From: an uncultured Nitrospiraceae bacterium
GTDB taxonomy: Bacteria > Nitrospirota > Thermodesulfovibrionia > Thermodesulfovibrionales > SM23-35
Assembly (NCBI GenBank): GCA_963727775.1
Contig: CAVSHB010000001.1
Span: 704,001 to 768,000 of the forward strand
Length of the DNA: 64,000 bases
Reading direction: 5' to 3'
Shown here: piece by piece, positions 35,547-45,683 of the stretch
How positions within the stretch are numbered: the first letter of the stretch is position 1
Layout: the number at the start of each line of letters is the position of its first letter
Notes under the pieces: model-generated
Databases searched by the model: none
The model's input: the letters and a program-made list of their open reading frames with translations, nothing else
What the model was told of the DNA's origin: nothing
Position numbers and translations under genes: made by a program

Positions 35547-35825
35547 ATGAAGGTAAACCATCTTGCAGAAGCCATTATCATGCAGTCGATTGAGGACTTA
35601 TGGGCCGAGAATCACAGAGAGGATTGTATAAGGTTTTTTACGGGTGAGGATTTCAGGACATGCGCTGCAATCGCAGGAATGGATACTTGTGAGCAAATAA
35701 AGGTACTCACCATGCTCAGCCGGATGATAAAAGATTTGAGCAAGCCGGGGAAAGACAAAAAGAAAACAACTTATGGACACATTTCTCCACGATACAATTA
35801 CAGCAGGGAATTAGTCGGGATATAA
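35547..35825 (+). CDS. Hypothetical protein
   Basis: RBS AAGGAG, then MKVNHLAEAIIMQSIEDLW...CIRFFTGEDFRTCA. Confidence 0.75.
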   Translation: MKVNHLAEAIIMQSIEDLWAENHREDCIRFFTGEDFRTCAAIAGMDTCEQIKVLTMLSRMIKDLSKPGKDKKKTTYGHISPRYNYSRELVGI

Positions 35826-35922
35826 GGTTTCAAGTACAAATGAAGTGTATTGACAGGTTCTGCCCGGCATATTAACCGTGCAAGTTTTGATTGTGTTTTG
35901 GTGTTTTTCGCATTAATTTAAA

Positions 35923-36135
35923 ATGATAGATAAAGAACAAAAGGAATTGCGAAATTTGCTCGAAGAGGGCATCGCTGCCCTGGTTGCGATGAGAAAGGGC
36001 ATCGAACATTCCTGCGCCGAACTGAGGGATATGTATGCTGGGACAATGCTATGCGGCACCCAGCCTATGGAACCCAAAAGAAGAGAAAAATACATTAACC
36101 CGAAAAATGCAGATATTGTCCAAAAAATTATTTAA
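35923..36135 (+). CDS. Small hypothetical protein
   Basis: 70-aa ORF, no recognised motif. Confidence 0.4.
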   Translation: MIDKEQKELRNLLEEGIAALVAMRKGIEHSCAELRDMYAGTMLCGTQPMEPKRREKYINPKNADIVQKII

Positions 36136-36340
36136 CTCGATGAATTTATTGAGAATATTGTTATGTTGGTAATCAATAAATATTATCGGGATCATTTGTT
36201 AAAGGTACAGTAAGGTATCGAAAAATAATTTTTTTCACAACACCCGCATTTTTCTAATTGCATTTTTTGTGGTAAGAATAAATTTTGACTTGAAGAAATA
36301 TCTTGCATTATTTAAATAAATCAGTTACTATAAAAATAGG

Positions 36341-36721
36341 GTGAAAAGTATGATAAAACAAATTGTTAAAATCAGTGCTTTTCTTTTTCTGTTTGGTTTA
36401 TGCCTTTCTTTTATTGTTCAGGGTGCTATCGCGGCTCAATCAGAGGAAAATCCTGCAGGCGGTCTTGTAACGAGAATGAATTTAAACACAACGGGCATTT
36501 CCGTACAGGAACAAAGGACCGGTGCGATGGATAAAAAGGACAGCAACGATGATTCTGCGGTGTTATCTCAGGTTTCATTGAGCCAGCGTCTGAAGGCTTT
36601 CTTCTCTTTAAAATCACCTTCTACGGTAGATAAAATGGACCTTGTTGAAAATCAAAAAAATAACGAAAAGCAGAAGTTCAATTATCGCCGTGCTCTGTTA
36701 GGCCTCAATATATCTTTCTGA
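36341..36721 (+). CDS. Secreted hypothetical protein
   Basis: Signal peptide; C-terminal 'LGLNISF' resembles a beta-signal. Confidence 0.6.
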   Translation: MKSMIKQIVKISAFLFLFGLCLSFIVQGAIAAQSEENPAGGLVTRMNLNTTGISVQEQRTGAMDKKDSNDDSAVLSQVSLSQRLKAFFSLKSPSTVDKMDLVENQKNNEKQKFNYRRALLGLNISF

Positions 36722-36832
36722 GACTTATTTCCTTTTCAATCTCCTTATTACTTAAATTACTTTCAATCTACTGAAATCTCTGTGTACTTTCTTTAGCTAT
36801 TTCCCCATAATATTTTATGGGGAGTCTCTAAA

Positions 36833-38077
36833 ATGCATTTTCAAGGAATAATCGGGTTAATAATATTAACGGGAATTGCCTGGATTATAAGTGAAAACAG
36901 GAGAGGAATTAATCGTAAAGAGGTAATAATAGGGGTAATCCTTCAAATTATAATTGCCGCGATATTGCTTAATGTCCCTGCGTTCAAAAAAATATTTTTG
37001 CTTCTTAACAGTATCGTAATGTCTCTCGATACAGCGACAAAAGCAGGGACATCGTTTGTATTCGGCTATTTAGGCGGAAGTCCTTTACCTTTTGTTGAAA
37101 AGAATCATGGCTCAAGCTTTATTTTAGCCTTACAGTCGCTCCCTCTGGTGCTAGTAGTGGGAGCTTTATCTTCCCTCCTTTTTTACTGGCGTATTTTGCC
37201 GTTTATAGTAAGGATATTTTCCATTCTTTTTCAAAAAACGCTGCGTATCGGAGGCGTGCTCAGTCTCGGCGCGTCATCGACTATTTTTCTGGGGATGATT
37301 GAGGCGCCGTTGATCATAAAGCCTTATTTGAAGGAGATGACAAAAAGTGAGCTTTTTTCATTAATGGTGTGTGGTATGTCATCTATAGCAGGCACGGTTA
37401 TGGTTTTGTATTCAACGCTTTTGAAAGGCATTATACCTGATCCATTGGGACATATTTTAACCGCATCGTTGATTCATATTCCTGCAGCTTTGACAATTTC
37501 GAGGATAATGATCCCCGAGGCGGACAAACAAACAGCGGGGACTTTGGTCCCGCAACAGACATCCACAAGCTCTGTAGACGCCATTACTAAAGGTACAATC
37601 GATGGTCTCAGCCTTTTTATTAACATCGTAGCCATGCTCATAGTAATGGTCGCATTGGTTAATCTTGTGAATCAGTGCCTTTATTTGTTGCCTGAGATCG
37701 GGGGTAAGGCCGTTACCCTGCAAATGCTTCTGGGTTATGTTATGGCCCCGATCGTATGGCTTTTCGGCATTCCATGGAATGAAGCGCAGACCGCAGGTTA
37801 TCTGATGGGCACAAAGACAATACTGAATGAACTGCTTGCATTCCTTGACCTTTCAAATTTGCCGCCTAATGCGCTGAGTCCGCGGAGTAGGTTAATCATG
37901 ACATATGCCTTAACCAGCTTTGCCAATTTCGGGAGTCTTGGAATAATGATCGGCGGCCTCGGCAGCTTGGTGCCCGAGCGGAGAACCGAGATAGTTTCAC
38001 TCGGCATTAAATCAGTTATTGCCGGAACATTAGCTACATGTATGACCGGAGCCGTTGTGAGTCTGTTTATATTATAG
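36833..38077 (+). CDS. Concentrative nucleoside transporter (NupC/CNT family)
   Basis: SENRR, GTSFVFG, FLGMIEAPL, KTILNE, FANFGSLGI. Confidence 0.92.
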   Translation: MHFQGIIGLIILTGIAWIISENRRGINRKEVIIGVILQIIIAAILLNVPAFKKIFLLLNSIVMSLDTATKAGTSFVFGYLGGSPLPFVEKNHGSSFILALQSLPLVLVVGALSSLLFYWRILPFIVRIFSILFQKTLRIGGVLSLGASSTIFLGMIEAPLIIKPYLKEMTKSELFSLMVCGMSSIAGTVMVLYSTLLKGIIPDPLGHILTASLIHIPAALTISRIMIPEADKQTAGTLVPQQTSTSSVDAITKGTIDGLSLFINIVAMLIVMVALVNLVNQCLYLLPEIGGKAVTLQMLLGYVMAPIVWLFGIPWNEAQTAGYLMGTKTILNELLAFLDLSNLPPNALSPRSRLIMTYALTSFANFGSLGIMIGGLGSLVPERRTEIVSLGIKSVIAGTLATCMTGAVVSLFIL

Positions 38078-38241
38078 ACTCAGGGAGATACAAAATGGCT
38101 TGACAACTGGTGAATTTTACTGTTAGCAATTTTTTAAAAGTGAACTCTTTAAGAATTAAAAGTGAACCCTTGTTAAAGGACGGAATAGGAAGGAAATGAA
38201 CGAAGTGAAAGAGTGCGTTTTTCACTTCGTTCATTTTTGCT

Positions 38242-39498
38242 TTACCATATCGGCAAATTCAAATCCTTATTTTTAGCTCGTTGGACGTCAACGAGGTGGC
38301 CGTTGCACCAGAATCTGACTTCAGAGAGAATCTTGTTCATGGGATAAATGCGGATATTCACCTTTTCACCTGGGGTAACATGATTAATTTTCAGGACCAG
38401 GTTATTGATGGATATTCTACGGTGAGAATCAACAGTTCTGTTAAGCCTTAGACAAAATATATCTTTGGGGGATTGATAGGGAGGGATAACTTTGAACCGT
38501 CTAAAAAGGGACGTACCTTCTTTTAATGCTTTTTGGAATCTGAAATATGGGACTTCCTGAATTGTGGAATGTACCTGACGGTAATTATATCTGTGGATTT
38601 CCTGATTGAGTATAGTTTGCGCTCGACTTATATCAGCCACATCTTCTCTGACACATGTTCTGACAAGTCTATCTTGGAGCCATTGATAAGGCCGTTCAAT
38701 CTTCCCTTTTGCTTGGAGAGATAATGCATAGATGATTTTTACGTTGCAGTCATATAGAACCTGCTTCCATTGAGGGTCTGCTTCATCAGTTATCTTATGA
38801 TGCTTGCGCCAGAAAGAGTCTCTGCCCTGCACAAACCGGAAGATAGAGTGTGAATCAACATAATAGGAGAAGGGTAAGCCGTGTGTAAGGATCAGGCTTT
38901 CCAGAGCGAGGATATGTGCCCACGAGGTTTCCTTCTTCAGCAATTTTGCGTAGAGGATATAACGGCTGTAATCATCCAGAGAAGTGATCAAATACCATTT
39001 CTCTTGCGCGTTCGGTGCCCAAAGGTGATAGGAGGAATCATGCTGGATCAATTCCCCGGCATAGTTGGTCAATACTTCCCGGTCATGAACGGTTCTTTTT
39101 GGCTTCCTCAGATAAAAGTCGTTCTTCTTGGCTCTGTCAATGATCGTAGATAGAGCCACCGTCTGCTTATATTGCCTTTCCAGACGATCTTTGATATAGC
39201 TGTAGTTGTAAGAGCGGACGGGTACATCTTTGTCCTCTATCAACTTCTTCTCAATTACTAATTCTTTTAAAATATTGAATTCTACCGCTTCGGGTATCGC
39301 TCGGGTTTTGCCTTTCCGTACATACTGTATCGTGAATGCGGAAGGATTATAACGATATGCTTTTACTAAAGCAAAGAACCTTGTTTTGTTAATCCCAAGA
39401 ATCTCTTGGAGATATTTTCTCCCTACCTCTTCCCTTAGATATTTCTCGATCAGTTCCTTGACTTGTTCATCGGTGAACTTCCTGTGTAACTGTGTCAA
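38242..39498 (-). CDS. IS1202/IS481-like DDE transposase
   Basis: AAGGAGG RBS then TTG start (MTQLHRKFTDEQ); GELIQHDSS, LDDYSR, YVDSHS, QAKGKIER, LQDRL. Confidence 0.88.
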   Translation of the reverse strand: MTQLHRKFTDEQVKELIEKYLREEVGRKYLQEILGINKTRFFALVKAYRYNPSAFTIQYVRKGKTRAIPEAVEFNILKELVIEKKLIEDKDVPVRSYNYSYIKDRLERQYKQTVALSTIIDRAKKNDFYLRKPKRTVHDREVLTNYAGELIQHDSSYHLWAPNAQEKWYLITSLDDYSRYILYAKLLKKETSWAHILALESLILTHGLPFSYYVDSHSIFRFVQGRDSFWRKHHKITDEADPQWKQVLYDCNVKIIYALSLQAKGKIERPYQWLQDRLVRTCVREDVADISRAQTILNQEIHRYNYRQVHSTIQEVPYFRFQKALKEGTSLFRRFKVIPPYQSPKDIFCLRLNRTVDSHRRISINNLVLKINHVTPGEKVNIRIYPMNKILSEVRFWCNGHLVDVQRAKNKDLNLPIW

Positions 39499-39517
39499 AA
39501 TACGAGCCTCCTTTTTT

Positions 39518-40900
39518 GACAGTGTCAAGTCTTTTCTGTAAATTCTCTTCAGGGCTTTATTCTCAAGGGTTTTCATTGATACGATTATGCCGCAACCCTT
39601 TGCATCCTTGATGCCCGGATCCTCGTAAGGATTGCCTTTGCCTCCTTGGTCATGCTTACACCGTTCCATCTAAGTTCGTGGAGCTGCCAGTAAACCATGG
39701 TGAGCGCACGCTCCTCCTTCTGAAACCGGCCTGCTACCTTTACCCTTCGCTTCACCTCCTTGAAGCTCCTCTCCACTATATTGGTCGTCCGAATTCTAAG
39801 CCAGTGCTGGTAAGGATATTTGTAATAGGTCAGACAGTCTTCTATATTTTCAGTCAGGCATTCCACTGCCGAAGGATATTTCATGCGCCACTTCTTCTTG
39901 AACATTTCCACGGCCTCCTTTGCGTGCTCATAGGTCGAGGCGTAAAACACCTTCCTTACTGACTCTTTTACTGATGCCTTGTCCTGTTCCAGTACTTTAT
40001 CCAGCACGTTTTCAGTCCTGTGCTTCGTGCAGCGCTGTTTGTCTGATTCAGGGAAGACTTCATCCACCGCCTTGATAAGGCCGGGACAGCCATCGATAAC
40101 CGTGAGCATTGGTTCACTTATGCCCCGTTTCGTGAGATCCTCCAGAAAACCTTTCCACGCATTGTACGATTCACTGTTGCCAAGGGACACGCCCACGAGC
40201 TCCCGGCTGCCGTCCTCCAGAAACGCCCAGGCCACCAGCACCGCCTCTTTCTCCTTGGTCCCGGCCCTTACTCCCATCCGTACGCCGTCCAGAACAAGAT
40301 ACACCACCTGCAGCATCGATAAGTCCCGCTTCTTCCATGCATTGAACTCATCGACGATCCTGCCGCTGATCCTTATGACATTCTGATGGCTCAGGCCTTT
40401 CTTGCCTATGAGTTTACCCACAGCTTTCTTTACCTTCCTGCTGGACAGGCCGTTCATATACAAAAGAGGGATGATTTCCTGTATTTCATCCATCTGGGTC
40501 ATCCGTGGCGGCAATATCCGGGAATGAAATGGGCCACCGGCATTCCTTACCTGCGGCATCTTTAGCCCTATATCACCGCTACCGATCTTCACGGTTCTGG
40601 GCTTCGATCCACTCCGGCTTCCTTTAGCGCAGGCATTCCTCTCATAATAGTCTCTCTGAAGATATGCCGTCACTTCTTCTTCCATCGCCGACTCTAACAT
40701 CATCCTCGCTCCGATCCTCGTCAACTCCGCTAACGGGGGCATCGCCATAAACTCCTGCACTCCATCCTCAATGACTTTTTTCGCCTTCTTTGATAAAATT
40801 CTTCTCATGGGTATAATTCTCCTTTCTCTCTTTGAGAGATTGCTTTTTCCATTGAGAATTATACCCTGATTCATATTTGCAGAATTGATCTTACGCTATC
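39518..40900 (-). mobile_element. IS256-family element, complete
   Basis: Imperfect terminal IRs GACAGTGTCAAG...TTCTGTAAAT and GATAGCGTAAGA...TTCTGCAAAT; 8-bp direct repeat CCTTTTTT at 39510-39517 and 40901-40908. Confidence 0.92.
39585..40808 (-). CDS. IS256-family transposase
   Basis: LYMNGLS, YLVLDG, DGCPGL, QRCTKH, TTNIVERSFKEVKRR. Confidence 0.95.
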   Translation of the reverse strand: MRRILSKKAKKVIEDGVQEFMAMPPLAELTRIGARMMLESAMEEEVTAYLQRDYYERNACAKGSRSGSKPRTVKIGSGDIGLKMPQVRNAGGPFHSRILPPRMTQMDEIQEIIPLLYMNGLSSRKVKKAVGKLIGKKGLSHQNVIRISGRIVDEFNAWKKRDLSMLQVVYLVLDGVRMGVRAGTKEKEAVLVAWAFLEDGSRELVGVSLGNSESYNAWKGFLEDLTKRGISEPMLTVIDGCPGLIKAVDEVFPESDKQRCTKHRTENVLDKVLEQDKASVKESVRKVFYASTYEHAKEAVEMFKKKWRMKYPSAVECLTENIEDCLTYYKYPYQHWLRIRTTNIVERSFKEVKRRVKVAGRFQKEERALTMVYWQLHELRWNGVSMTKEAKAILTRIRASRMQRVAA

Positions 40901-41039
40901 CCTTTTTTGATGCTCATATTACACTTTCTCAGGTGTTCACTTTTAATTCGTAACTGACAACTGGTGAATTTTACTTGACAAAAATATAAAAAAGTTTTTA
41001 TGGTAATTAACATAGATCTTTGACATTGCTTTATTAGAC

Positions 41040-41143
41040 GTTTCCGAAAAGGTAAACTCTGGGTAACCAGGGGGCACAAAGCCAGTGGATCCTTTCTTGG
41101 TCCTGAGTGGGAGGGAGAAGGATAGCCAGGCTGCCGAAGAAAC
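41040..41143 (+). ncRNA. c-di-GMP-I (GEMM-I) riboswitch
   Basis: GGTAAAC-stem-GGCACAAAGCC...GATAGCC..GCTGCCGAA; G at the position-20 equivalent favours c-di-GMP over 3',3'-cGAMP. Confidence 0.88.
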
Positions 41144-41171
41144 AGTGCTTGCCCGGAATTTTACCTTTTTG

Positions 41172-41211
41172 AAAAAAGCCTGTTTCCCTTTGAGGAAACA
41201 GGTTTTTTTTT
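41172..41211 (+). terminator. Intrinsic terminator (riboswitch expression platform)
   Basis: GCCTGTTTCC-CTTTGA-GGAAACAGGT followed by a T run. Confidence 0.85.
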
Positions 41212-41256
41212 GCTTTTTTGTTTTCAAAAAGATTATGTGATAACCGGAGGTGGAAC

Positions 41257-42666
41257 ATGAAAAACAGTGATCTATTTGCAGAGGTTACAGATACAGGTAA
41301 TGAGGTAGGATTGCTTCCCTGTGATACCATAGACGTTACCTTTGCGTCGGAGATTGTACTTGCGGATGAGCTTGAAGACCAGATGGATCTTCTGCAGGAC
41401 CTCGGTATTGACGAAGAGGAAATTGAAGAACACGATGTCCTTGAGGAGCCGCTCATAGAAGATAAGAGGGAAGGAAGACAGGAAAAAACAGGAGACCTTG
41501 TCCAGACATATTTTTGCTCGATTAAAGATACTTCAGTTCTTACAAAAGGTGAAGAAACAGCGCTTGCAAAGAGACTGGAAAAAGGTAGACGGGTCATTAA
41601 AGGAATAATTACAAACATGCCTTTATACAAAAAAGTGGAATCTGCTTTAGACGTGCAGGAAGAAGAGAAAGATGAAAAAGCCGATAAGGCACTGGATCTG
41701 AGTTTGAAGGCACTTGAAGACCTCATGGATAAAATAGAGTCAACGGCAAAAAGCGCTGAGGGATACGGAGAAACAAACGGCGCCGGCAGATCAGCTGATG
41801 AAAAGAAAAATGGTAATGGTGTGGTACGGCATATAAGCATAAAAAAAGAGATTGAAGAGAAACGCAGACGAGTCGAAACAGAAATTGGCATGAAGATAGA
41901 GGATTTCAAGTATCTGTGGAGCAGGATTCGGAGAGAGACAGCTGTTATCGCGGACGCCCGGAATGAACTGATAACCCGGAATCTCAGGCTGGTAATTCAT
42001 ATGGCTAAACACTATCTCGGGAAAGGACTCCCTTTGCTCGACCTTATTCAGGAAGGTAATATAGGCCTTATGAAGGCCGTCGACAGATTCAAACATGAAA
42101 AGGGCTGCAAGTTCAGCACATACGCAAAGTGGTGGATCAAACAGGCGATAGCAAGGGCCGTCATAAACCAGGCTAAAACCATCAGAGTTCCCATTCATGT
42201 TATGGATTATTACCGGACCCTTACCCAAACATCCAGGGAATTAACCCAGCGGCTTGGAAGGGAGCCTGAGTATGAGGAAATTGCTCAGGAGTTAGGGATA
42301 ACCTCAAAAAAGGTTGAAGAACATTTTAAAGTCATGCAAAAGACCATATCACTTCAAAACGGGATAGGAGATGAAGATTCAAAGCTCGAAGATTTTATTG
42401 AGGACCGGAGCACACCTACACCCGAAGCCTGTTTTGAAGAAAAAGAAATAAGTGAAAAGATCTCCAAAATATTAAAAACTCTTACAAGGAGAGAAGAGAA
42501 AATAATAAGGATGAGATTCGGTATCGGAGTAAAGAAGGACTACACACTTGAAGAAATAGGGAAGCAGTTTTTTATCACACGCGAGGGGGTCAGGCAGTTA
42601 GAGGTAAAAGCACTGAGGAGACTCAGGCATCCGAGCAGGCAAATGGTGTTCAAGGCTTTGACTTAG
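41257..42666 (+). CDS. RpoD-like sigma70-family sigma factor, divergent paralog
   Basis: [51 protein letters not shown]. Confidence 0.92.
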   Translation: MKNSDLFAEVTDTGNEVGLLPCDTIDVTFASEIVLADELEDQMDLLQDLGIDEEEIEEHDVLEEPLIEDKREGRQEKTGDLVQTYFCSIKDTSVLTKGEETALAKRLEKGRRVIKGIITNMPLYKKVESALDVQEEEKDEKADKALDLSLKALEDLMDKIESTAKSAEGYGETNGAGRSADEKKNGNGVVRHISIKKEIEEKRRRVETEIGMKIEDFKYLWSRIRRETAVIADARNELITRNLRLVIHMAKHYLGKGLPLLDLIQEGNIGLMKAVDRFKHEKGCKFSTYAKWWIKQAIARAVINQAKTIRVPIHVMDYYRTLTQTSRELTQRLGREPEYEEIAQELGITSKKVEEHFKVMQKTISLQNGIGDEDSKLEDFIEDRSTPTPEACFEEKEISEKISKILKTLTRREEKIIRMRFGIGVKKDYTLEEIGKQFFITREGVRQLEVKALRRLRHPSRQMVFKALT

Positions 42667-42969
42667 GATCGATAACCTTTCTCAATCCTAAGTTGATCTT
42701 ATCTTTTGAAAGTTAATTGTTTTCAATACCTCTTCAATTTCTTTTCTTACAGAAATCCATATCGGATGGATCCTGCACGTTTTGCTCAGGTCGCAACTTC
42801 TTTATGTAGCGCCACTATAAAACTTATTGATTTATTGTGGAAGTTTTTAAAAAGTCATGAAGTAATATTCGGGTAATTTTCTTGTCCTTGAGGAAATATG
42901 GGATTATTCATTCATCAGCAGATTTACGCTAAAATAGAGGGACACAAAATTCGGCTGAGAGGAGATACT

Positions 42970-44229
42970 GTGAAAATATACGCTGTTATTGTTCTGTTCC
43001 TTTACTTGTTTAAGGAAGGTTTTGAATATTCCATGCAATATCTCAATCTCAGATACATGAAGAGCTTCGGTTTATCCGTACCTCCGGAATTTGAAGGGCA
43101 TATAGACGAAAGCCTGCTGAAAAAGACGCTGGCTTATGAAGTGGAAAAGACCGGGTTCAGTCTTATTTCATCAATGTTCGGCAATGTGATCACGATCTTA
43201 TTCTTCTTCGGAGGAATTCTGGATATGTATAATTCGTGGGATGTATCCTTAAACTTGTCATTTATATTATCAGGTATAATATTTTCCATACTTTTGAGCT
43301 ATGCGAGCACTCTGCTTTCAGTACCGTTAGACCTTTACAATACATTTAAAATCGAAAACAAATACGGGTTTAATACAATGACGCCGAAATTGTGGACAGC
43401 CGATTTCTTTAAATCCCTTTTCCTTTCAACCGTTCTTACAGTCATTTTGGTTTCGATAGGTTTGTGGTTGGTCCAATCAACCCTGAATTACTGGTGGATA
43501 TGGGTCTGGGGATTTTTCCTTGTCTTCAGTCTGTTCATGATGTATATTTCGCCCTATGTCATTGAACCGCTATTCAATAAATTCACGCCGATTGAAGAAA
43601 AAGGGCTGGAAGATAAAATCAAAGACCTTATGCAGAAAGCAGACATAAAGATAAGCCGGGTTTTCAGGATGGATGCGTCCAAAAGGAGCCGGCATACCAA
43701 CGCATATTTTTCAGGAATAGGCAGGGTGAAAAGGATAATTCTTTATGATACCCTACTTGAAAGAATGGATGAAGCTGAGATACTTTCGGTACTGGCGCAC
43801 GAAGCGGGCCACTGGAAGAAAAAGCATGTTTTGAAAATGATCATCATCATGGAGATTGTTTCTTTGGCCGGGATTTATATTTCTTTCAGGGTCCTTCATA
43901 CAGATTTTCTCGCGGATCTCTTCAACATCAAGCAGGGGACCTTCTTTGCCAAGATAGTTATCCTTGGTTTTATCGGAGGTATTGTTTCTTTGCCGTTTAT
44001 TCCTTTGGGCAGCTATATTTCAAGACGGTTCGAAAACGAGGCAGACAGGTTTGCATGTCAGCTTACCGAAAATGCGGAGGCAATGGCGAGTGCGCTGATA
44101 AAACTCTCAAAAGATAACCTCTCAAATCTCCATCCCCATCCCTTGTATGCAGCGTTTTATTATTCCCATCCGCCTGTTCTGCAGAGGATAAGGAATATAA
44201 GAAAACAATTAAATCTTCACGGAATTTAA
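42970..44229 (+). CDS. M48 (Ste24-like) membrane zinc metallopeptidase
   Basis: PLFNKF, NAYFSG, HEAGH, ENEAD, YSHPP; GTG start after GGAG. Confidence 0.93.
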   Translation: MKIYAVIVLFLYLFKEGFEYSMQYLNLRYMKSFGLSVPPEFEGHIDESLLKKTLAYEVEKTGFSLISSMFGNVITILFFFGGILDMYNSWDVSLNLSFILSGIIFSILLSYASTLLSVPLDLYNTFKIENKYGFNTMTPKLWTADFFKSLFLSTVLTVILVSIGLWLVQSTLNYWWIWVWGFFLVFSLFMMYISPYVIEPLFNKFTPIEEKGLEDKIKDLMQKADIKISRVFRMDASKRSRHTNAYFSGIGRVKRIILYDTLLERMDEAEILSVLAHEAGHWKKKHVLKMIIIMEIVSLAGIYISFRVLHTDFLADLFNIKQGTFFAKIVILGFIGGIVSLPFIPLGSYISRRFENEADRFACQLTENAEAMASALIKLSKDNLSNLHPHPLYAAFYYSHPPVLQRIRNIRKQLNLHGI

Positions 44230-44255
44230 AGCCGCTCGAAACTGCGGCTCTATTA

Positions 44256-44741
44256 TTAATAAAATCTGTTTCTGAAAACAGCGCCGTATATTTTTGATTT
44301 TCCAAGACTGATTACGGCCAGGGTATAATTGACGGTTTTCCAAAGGCCTGATCGCATATTTATAAACCTTATTCTGTCTCCTGTAATTTTCTTTTCAATC
44401 ACGCAAACCTTTCCGATAATATTATGTTCTGATACGGGCTCGTCCATGCTCAGGAGGGCGTCGCCTTTTGTTTGAAAGATATGGATATTACTATTAAATC
44501 GTTTTCCGACAATCCTGTGTATTAAAGGCAAGCCGTCATGGGTTTTGAAGAATATCAGGTCTCCTGTCCGCAAAGAACAGGAAGGGACTTTTTGTATGAT
44601 CAGTATTTCTCCTCCCCGCAGGAAAGGGGACATGCTTCTGCCTGTTGCCTTAACGCGGAGACTAAGCCCGCTGTTCAGTATATCTTCAAAAAGCTTAAAT
44701 TCCCGAGGCGCTGATATTTCCGGTTCCAAGATGAAATCCAT
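44256..44741 (-). CDS. S26/S24-like signal-peptidase-family protein
   Basis: GRSMSPFL (catalytic Ser), LIHRIV, TKGD. Confidence 0.85.
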   Translation of the reverse strand: MDFILEPEISAPREFKLFEDILNSGLSLRVKATGRSMSPFLRGGEILIIQKVPSCSLRTGDLIFFKTHDGLPLIHRIVGKRFNSNIHIFQTKGDALLSMDEPVSEHNIIGKVCVIEKKITGDRIRFINMRSGLWKTVNYTLAVISLGKSKIYGAVFRNRFY

Positions 44742-44745
44742 TTTT

Positions 44746-45651
44746 CTATCCTGTAATAAATTTTTCGAATAAATCCGCTATTCCGGTATCAGGCTTAAAA
44801 TACAGTTCATATGCAGGAATTCCGGAAGTCAGGTTTTCACACACAACGAGAATATTAGTCATTATTTCCCTGTCATACCATGGTATGGATACAACAGGCA
44901 ATAATTTTTCCAGTGCTTTCTGAGTGCTGATTTCGGATATCCTGTTATAATCACCGTGTGATATGAAAAAAATGCCCGCAAGCGGGACGTTTTTATTGAT
45001 CGCTATTTTTCCTTCTCCCGGCCACGGCGTCCCGAATGCTTTAAAAGCAGTGTCTGTTTTTCTGACGGCAATACGGTCGTCACTGAGAATCTCCAAATAT
45101 TGTAAGGCAGCGAATTGTTTTGACAGAGTGCTTTTGCCTGCCCCCGACTTCCCGGGAAATATATATCCTTTTCCATATACGTTAGCGCCGGCGGCATGGA
45201 CCAGAGCGCCATCTCTGTGAGCTAAAAAATACATAAGTATAATCTGATCAAGAGGATAACAAAAAGGGCTCGAAACCTCAGTATTGTGATTTGTCTTTTT
45301 GATAAGTCTTTCGCCGCAATAAACAGTGATGTCGGTAAAGTTATGATTGGCTCTCGCTAAAAAAAGTGGGTTATTTTCAGCCCCTGTTTGTCTGAACTCG
45401 ATATAATAACCATTGTCATTACGGTACATTGACCATGACTCGCTGCTGTCGAATTCTTTTGAGAGACTGCCGGTCTGAGGGAGATTTCCTAATTCAAGGT
45501 TGATTTTTATATCTGCCGAGAATGTTAGGGGGTCTTTAATGGTTTTTAAAAATGCCTTGTAAGATGGATCATGATAAGGAAGAATAATTGCATCTGTACA
45601 GCGAACGGCAATATTGATGTCGGCAATTTCAAGGTTCATCAAATTTGCCAT
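44746..45651 (-). CDS. HPr-kinase-like P-loop protein
   Basis: VHAAG, Walker A GKSGAGKST, LSDDR, FGTPWPG. Confidence 0.85.
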   Translation of the reverse strand: MANLMNLEIADINIAVRCTDAIILPYHDPSYKAFLKTIKDPLTFSADIKINLELGNLPQTGSLSKEFDSSESWSMYRNDNGYYIEFRQTGAENNPLFLARANHNFTDITVYCGERLIKKTNHNTEVSSPFCYPLDQIILMYFLAHRDGALVHAAGANVYGKGYIFPGKSGAGKSTLSKQFAALQYLEILSDDRIAVRKTDTAFKAFGTPWPGEGKIAINKNVPLAGIFFISHGDYNRISEISTQKALEKLLPVVSIPWYDREIMTNILVVCENLTSGIPAYELYFKPDTGIADLFEKFITG

Positions 45652-45683
45652 CTGGTGTTTTTGTCAGAAAAACGGCCGGTCTG

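Larger units (their letters stand above)
38121..40959 (-). mobile_element. IS1202-like (ISNCY) element carrying a nested IS256
   Basis: Ends TGTTAG... and ...CTGACA with subterminal AAAAGTGAAC motifs; 15-bp direct repeat ACTGGTGAATTTTAC at 38106-38120 and 40960-40974. Confidence 0.85.

Noticed and set aside
39499..39669. N-terminal extension of the 475-aa transposase ORF
   Set aside because: It reads through IS256 sequence; the RBS and TTG start are at 39498
41040..41143. 3',3'-cGAMP (GEMM-Ib) riboswitch
   Set aside because: The position-20 equivalent is G (AAGGTAAAC), which favours c-di-GMP; not excluded without ligand testing
41034..41909. 291-aa Ser-rich minus-strand ORF
   Set aside because: Antisense shadow of the Glu/Lys-rich sigma factor N-terminus
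42970..44229. M48 peptidase as part of the RiPP cassette
   Set aside because: It is convergent with the operon and a widespread gene; adjacency is the only link
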